This document shows positions 58,927-64,000 of a DNA stretch of 64,000 nucleotides, piece by piece. The translations under genes and the position numbers were made by a program. Numbering within the stretch: the first letter of the stretch is position 1; each line of letters begins with the position of its first letter. The stretch covers positions 32,001 through 96,000 of the IMG/VR virus record IMGVR_UViG_3300021256_000062; one strand, 5' to 3'. The notes beneath the pieces are model-generated. The model did no database searches. It saw only the letters and a list, made by a program, of their open reading frames with translations, and was not told the DNA's origin. Origin of the DNA: a virus. Taxonomy: Duplodnaviria > Caudoviricetes.

Positions 58927-61900
58927 TTACTTTTTAATACTATCATCTAAATAACTCATTATTGAACCATATTCTTTTAATGATTCATCTTCTGGATATG
59001 AACCATATAAAACTGATTCATCTTCATCTACAACCTCAGCTGATACAGCATATCCCTTATCAACTAACCAATCACAAACATCTTTTGCTTCATCTAAATC
59101 GGAATATTCACCATAATAATCAGCAATACCCTGGTCTCTTAAAACATCATCTGCCCAATATTTAATTGAGTATTGTGCATCAGAATCATCACTTTCATTT
59201 ATATTTTCTTGAGCTTTTCTTCTCTTTATTTTCATTCTATATTTATTAGCTGGTTTTGTTTCTTTAGAAACCATAACTTTCTTTGCTAATTCATTAGAAT
59301 TTTTAATGTTCTCTTCTTTATCATCAGTTAGTTTGATTTCATCTATATCATCCCAACCATATCCCCAATTTCCTTGTAGAACTTTATATTTATCTTTTTT
59401 CTCAAATAAATTTTCAAATAATTCTTCATCAGTTAATACATCATCAACTAATTCATCTGGATGAACTATATAATAAATTAATGTTATATATGCATTTAAA
59501 TTTTCTTCATCATTTAATTTAACTAATTCATCTAAAATTTCTTCATAAGAATGGTTGTGGTGTAATAATGAATATAAATTATCATATTTTGAATCTGTTT
59601 GACTCAACTCATATGTTTCTTCTTCAAGTGGTCTTAAGATATAGTCATCATAGTACATTGGGTCTAATCTATCCACTGCGCCTACTAAATCTAACTCATC
59701 ATCTTCAATATCACCTAAATTAGCACCTTGATTGTCTCTTAATTTATATACTTCTTCTCCATCTTCATTTTGTGTCTTATAGATTGTAAAATCGAAAGAA
59801 TCAAAGAATTCTGAAGCTGTTAATTTATCAGGTTTATTTGAGTATTTAGCAACTCTCTCATTTAAGTTCTCATCAGTTCTAGGTGCGATGTATTCTAAAT
59901 GACCATAACCTGCATCTTCAGTCTCTTTAAGAGTTTCAAATGGTCCATCTATTTCTTTACCACTACTGTCATCAACAATGTACCAAGCACCATCTTGTTT
60001 TACTCTAATCCAATCTTTTTTGCTTTCCTTTAAGTTTAATTTAACTGGGTAATTACTTTCATACTCTGCAATTAAATCTTTAACTTTTTGGTCATTTAGA
60101 TTTGCTTTCTTTAATGTTTTTACATAATCTGGTGCAGCAACTGTGTGTTGACCATTATGTACATAAGCATCAAAGTTACCTTTTCTATCTCCTATTGATT
60201 TAAATACAATGATTGGTTCACCATCTTCTTCATAATAAATTTTAGCATTTAATTTTTGTACATCTTCTTTTAAGTTTTCATCAATGTATTCTTTACCAGT
60301 ATCTAATAAACATTGCAATCTATCTATTTCTGCTTCAACCTTTTTTGATGCACTACTATCCCCGTGATATTGTTTTTGTAATTTTGAATATTTGTCCACT
60401 AATCGTTGTATTTCATCTTTGATTTTGATTTTACCTTCTTTAAGACTTTCATCAAAATAATCTAAATTATCTGGATTTGCTAAAAAAGTATTATCATAGT
60501 AACCATTATATTTTCTTGGTTTATCTCTCTTGATAGTGAATACTTCTAAGTTACCTTGATAATCTCTATCAACAATGCTTCCTACATCACCAATGTTTCT
60601 TTCACCACCTTTAGACCAACCATCATTATTTACATATTTAACTCTGTCGCCTACTGAAAATACTCTATGAGGTTTTCTATCTTTTATTGGTGCATCTTCT
60701 TTTAAGTTTTCATCTAATGTACCATCATATAACGTTTCAGTATAATCTAATAAACCATTTTCATAATGAACTCTATTGATTATAATATCTCCACCATATT
60801 CATCACTTAATTCTTCAATGATTTCTTCATCTGTTGTGCCGTCAAAATACTCTCCCTCGCCCTCATCGAAATATTTAATAGTTTCACCATTACCATCAAC
60901 TACCTCAATTTGAGTATAACTATCATCCAAATTTAAACTTTCATTAGTTAACTTTGATTTAATTTTAAATCTTTCAAGTTCACTATCTTCATCATATACA
61001 TCAAATTTAGTATTAAATAGTTTTACCATCTCATTAAAGTCTTCTGGGAAAGTACTTATTGAACATTCATTTGAACTAACTAACCCAGTAACTTTAACAT
61101 CTTTATTATTTTCTTTTGCAAATTTCTTTGCATCATTAATTAGATTTTGTGTATCATCTAAAGTTTCTTTTACATTTTTATTCTTAACTAAATAAGTAAT
61201 GTCACTTACTTGTTCAACTCTATCTTTATATTTCTTGAACATTCTATCTTGTTCTTCTTTAGTTTTTGCAACATATGGATTTGAACCATCCTCAAATTTA
61301 AATTGAATCCATTTTTCATTTATAGATTCATTAACACTTCTGACTCTACTAAATTGAGAGTCAGCTGCATTAATTAATTCTTCTTCAGTTGCGTCCATTC
61401 CTAAAGTTTTAGCAAGTTTAACAAGTTCTCCTGGAGTTCCCTTAACTAGGTAATTTCCTCTAACTTTATCATATTCTAAACCTAAATCTTTTAATTGATT
61501 TTCATCAATTTCATTATTTAGTACAAAGAATCCTAATTTATTTGATTTATTTTCCTTTAATGATTCATCAGTATCATCATTCTCAGATTCATTGTCATTT
61601 CCTAAATTTCTACCAAATACTTGGAAATTAACTGCATATGGACTTCTACCATGTTTAGCATCAAATACAAATTCACCATCAGGATATTTAGCAAGTAAGT
61701 CTTTTAATATTTTATCAGGACTATCAACTCTACCATATAATCCATTTTCAAAATTGTCTCCAACTACTTCAAATCCTTTAGATTCGAAATCACTTTGGTC
61801 AAGACAAGTATTTGCTCTTCTTGGATTATTAATTAGATTATCTAAATAATCGTCTGGATTTTGTTTAATACAAGCCTCACAGTAAATACCATCATTATCT

Positions 61901-63999
61901 ACAATACCATAATCATCAGGATTACTTGAACCAAAATCAATTAATTCTCCACAACCATAACAAGCTGTAAACATATCTGAGAATCCCCATTTATCATCAA
62001 GGATTTCATCTAATTTTCTAGTATCAGTATCACTCTTTGGTTCATAATCAGGTGCTAAGAATTTTTGTAATTCAATTGCTTCATCCCAACTATCCACAAT
62101 GAAGAATGGTTCTTCATCATCATATGCTACATTTAAATTAGGGAATGCATCTAATACTTTAGAATAAGTTTCTCCATCTAAACTTTCTTTAACATTTTTC
62201 TTCTTTGATGTAAATAGTTTTGATTTATCAATAACTGATTCTTTAAAACAATTTCTACATGCTTTTTTATTAGTTGATTCATTTAATTTAAAGAATGGGT
62301 CAAATAAATCTTTACTAATCTTTTTATATGTTTGTTCAGTTAAATTATCTTCCATTAAATCTTTAGCCTTTTTAACTACCTTAGCTAAGTCATCAAATTC
62401 ATCATAAATTGTATCATCTTCAATATCAATTACTTCTTGTAATTTATCATTCATTTCATATAATGATTTATTTAAAGTACCTCTAATGAAATCACCAGCT
62501 TCTCCTTCAGTCATTGTTTCAGGAGTACCATCATATTCAGCTAAGTCAGTAACTACAATTCCTCTTGCAGATGTCCAATTACTTATCTTATCTTGAATAC
62601 TTTGTAATTTTTGTCTAATATTATTTTCAGATGTATTATTTACATTTTCAGTTACTTGTTTTGCACATTCTTCTACAACTTTATATTGACTCTTATCTTT
62701 ATTTGATGTGTACTTTGTTAAGTAGTCAATGATTTGATTTGCATCATTGAATTTACTATAATCTTGAACCATATTTGCATTTCTTACTTGTGCATCATAA
62801 TTAGATTTTGGAGTTCCCTTATATTTACCATTCTCTTTATAGATTACATAAGTTACCTTATCATCTAGGGATTCTCTTTTTGATTTTCTAACTTTTACTT
62901 TATCTTCAGGTTTAATTTCAATTTCATCTAATTCAGTTCCAGCTGTTGCAATTGCTTTTTGACCTGCATATTTAACTTTTCTATCTTGTCTAATTTTATT
63001 TAGAAGTTCTTTATTTGTTTTATAATTATTACTTGAGAATTTGTATTCATCATTTACATAAACATCTCTTTTTGCAAATGCTTCTTCAACATCTTCTTCA
63101 TCATATTTATATTGTTTGTCATAATCTCTTTCCCAAACAACACCTTCATCATATTCATCAATTACATCTTCAGACTCAAAGTCACTCACTAATGCAAATT
63201 GCAATTGTCTATGTGTTACTGAAATTCCCCTATTCTTCTTAGCGTCTGCAATTGCTTCTTCTTTAGTTTCAAAGTATTCTTCAGTTCCATCATCATATTC
63301 TACAATATATTCATCTTGCCAATCTTCTCCGGTAACTGCAAGGTCAATATCATTAATAACTCTTTCATTTTGAATTGTGATAGTAAATGTATTAGTGTCA
63401 CATCCATATGGGTCTTTTTCAACATCATTATAATCACCGCTGATTTCTCCTGTAAATGTTGAATGTGACCATCCACCACCTAATCCACAATCAAATTCAA
63501 ACTCATTATAATATTTAACTATTTGTTCAGGACTTTCTCCTTTAAATTCACTTTCCCAATAAGTAAAATTTAATTCAATTGTAGCTGGGATTGCAGCACC
63601 ATCTACTATATCTCTTCCATAATAATAAGAACTAGCACTTACATTTTCAATATCACAATTTGCAGTGGCAGTTACTGTAATTTCATTTTCTCCATATTTA
63701 TTTGTTTCTGATTTAGTATCTAATATTTTAATATCTCTTAAACTAGAAACTGAACCTTTAACACTATATCCTGCACCAGGACCTTCTCTTAATGGTTTTT
63801 TACTTTCCACTAATTTACCACCACATACTGTATTACAAATAGATTCAACTAATTTGTTTATTTCATTTGATTTATTAATCATTACTTTAATTGTATCTCT
63901 ATTTAATTTAGATGTCCAACTTTTATCATCATCACATGCATTTAATGATTCTACAATTGCATCAACTTTATCATTAATATTTAATGAGTATTTAACTTC
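58927..63999 (-). CDS. Giant acidic modular protein (putative head polyprotein), 5' end outside window
   Basis: Frame stays open upstream of the track ATG (63882) to the window edge (..EVKYSLNINDKVDAIVESLNACDDDKSWTSKLNRDTIKV-M), so >1690 aa; repeated DESLKE/DENLKE linkers. Confidence 0.8.
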   Translation of the reverse strand, partial: EVKYSLNINDKVDAIVESLNACDDDKSWTSKLNRDTIKVMINKSNEINKLVESICNTVCGGKLVESKKPLREGPGAGYSVKGSVSSLRDIKILDTKSETNKYGENEITVTATANCDIENVSASSYYYGRDIVDGAAIPATIELNFTYWESEFKGESPEQIVKYYNEFEFDCGLGGGWSHSTFTGEISGDYNDVEKDPYGCDTNTFTITIQNERVINDIDLAVTGEDWQDEYIVEYDDGTEEYFETKEEAIADAKKNRGISVTHRQLQFALVSDFESEDVIDEYDEGVVWERDYDKQYKYDEEDVEEAFAKRDVYVNDEYKFSSNNYKTNKELLNKIRQDRKVKYAGQKAIATAGTELDEIEIKPEDKVKVRKSKRESLDDKVTYVIYKENGKYKGTPKSNYDAQVRNANMVQDYSKFNDANQIIDYLTKYTSNKDKSQYKVVEECAKQVTENVNNTSENNIRQKLQSIQDKISNWTSARGIVVTDLAEYDGTPETMTEGEAGDFIRGTLNKSLYEMNDKLQEVIDIEDDTIYDEFDDLAKVVKKAKDLMEDNLTEQTYKKISKDLFDPFFKLNESTNKKACRNCFKESVIDKSKLFTSKKKNVKESLDGETYSKVLDAFPNLNVAYDDEEPFFIVDSWDEAIELQKFLAPDYEPKSDTDTRKLDEILDDKWGFSDMFTACYGCGELIDFGSSNPDDYGIVDNDGIYCEACIKQNPDDYLDNLINNPRRANTCLDQSDFESKGFEVVGDNFENGLYGRVDSPDKILKDLLAKYPDGEFVFDAKHGRSPYAVNFQVFGRNLGNDNESENDDTDESLKENKSNKLGFFVLNNEIDENQLKDLGLEYDKVRGNYLVKGTPGELVKLAKTLGMDATEEELINAADSQFSRVRSVNESINEKWIQFKFEDGSNPYVAKTKEEQDRMFKKYKDRVEQVSDITYLVKNKNVKETLDDTQNLINDAKKFAKENNKDVKVTGLVSSNECSISTFPEDFNEMVKLFNTKFDVYDEDSELERFKIKSKLTNESLNLDDSYTQIEVVDGNGETIKYFDEGEGEYFDGTTDEEIIEELSDEYGGDIIINRVHYENGLLDYTETLYDGTLDENLKEDAPIKDRKPHRVFSVGDRVKYVNNDGWSKGGERNIGDVGSIVDRDYQGNLEVFTIKRDKPRKYNGYYDNTFLANPDNLDYFDESLKEGKIKIKDEIQRLVDKYSKLQKQYHGDSSASKKVEAEIDRLQCLLDTGKEYIDENLKEDVQKLNAKIYYEEDGEPIIVFKSIGDRKGNFDAYVHNGQHTVAAPDYVKTLKKANLNDQKVKDLIAEYESNYPVKLNLKESKKDWIRVKQDGAWYIVDDSSGKEIDGPFETLKETEDAGYGHLEYIAPRTDENLNERVAKYSNKPDKLTASEFFDSFDFTIYKTQNEDGEEVYKLRDNQGANLGDIEDDELDLVGAVDRLDPMYYDDYILRPLEEETYELSQTDSKYDNLYSLLHHNHSYEEILDELVKLNDEENLNAYITLIYYIVHPDELVDDVLTDEELFENLFEKKDKYKVLQGNWGYGWDDIDEIKLTDDKEENIKNSNELAKKVMVSKETKPANKYRMKIKRRKAQENINESDDSDAQYSIKYWADDVLRDQGIADYYGEYSDLDEAKDVCDWLVDKGYAVSAEVVDEDESVLYGSYPEDESLKEYGSIMSYLDDSIKK
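60261..60714. repeat. Exact 22-bp direct repeat encoding the DENLKED linker
   Basis: catcttcttttaagttttcatc at 60261-60282 and 60693-60714. Confidence 0.85.
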
Positions 64000-64000
64000 T

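Noticed and set aside
2205-63242. All plus-strand ORFs in the track
   Set aside because: Short antisense shadows of well-supported minus-strand genes, with no recognisable motifs
63880-63882. Track start codon of the 1651-aa ORF
   Set aside because: The frame is open to the window end and there is no clear RBS, so the true start is upstream
1-64000. Genome-wide stop-codon reassignment
   Set aside because: Long genes are intact in code 11, use TGG for Trp, and end normally at TAA/TAG
1-64000. tRNA, rRNA, integrase or transposase genes
   Set aside because: None recognised; intergenic gaps are short and AT-rich

Overview
The window is a 64 kb internal segment of an AT-rich, contractile-tailed (myovirus-type) phage. 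Every credible gene is on the minus strand. The host is probably an anaerobic low-GC Bacillota/Bacilli or Mollicutes-like bacterium, inferred from sigma70 promoters, GGAGG-type RBSs, NrdDG and an M.SssI-like methylase. In transcription order it contains: (1) two giant acidic proteins (>1690 aa, open past the window edge, and 1220 aa) built from small domains joined by recurring E-[SN]-L-x-E linkers; (2) neck, sheath, tube, a frameshifted tail chaperone, tape measure, baseplate and fibres; (3) an early accessory region of small ORFs with NADAR and SNF2; (4) nrdDG; (5) a replication/recombination module with a sigma-like factor, initiator, DnaC, DnaB, DnaG, SSB, family A polymerase, beta-clamp, a full DnaX/HolB/HolA clamp loader, RecA and two resolvases; (6) a radical SAM enzyme and a CpG-type C5 methyltransferase. 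The best candidate for an undescribed system is the pair of giant proteins. They look like capsid-packaged polyproteins that a prohead protease could cut into many small effectors, including Ocr-like acidic modules, and their linkers also repeat at DNA level. All family calls come from motif recognition by eye, not database searches.
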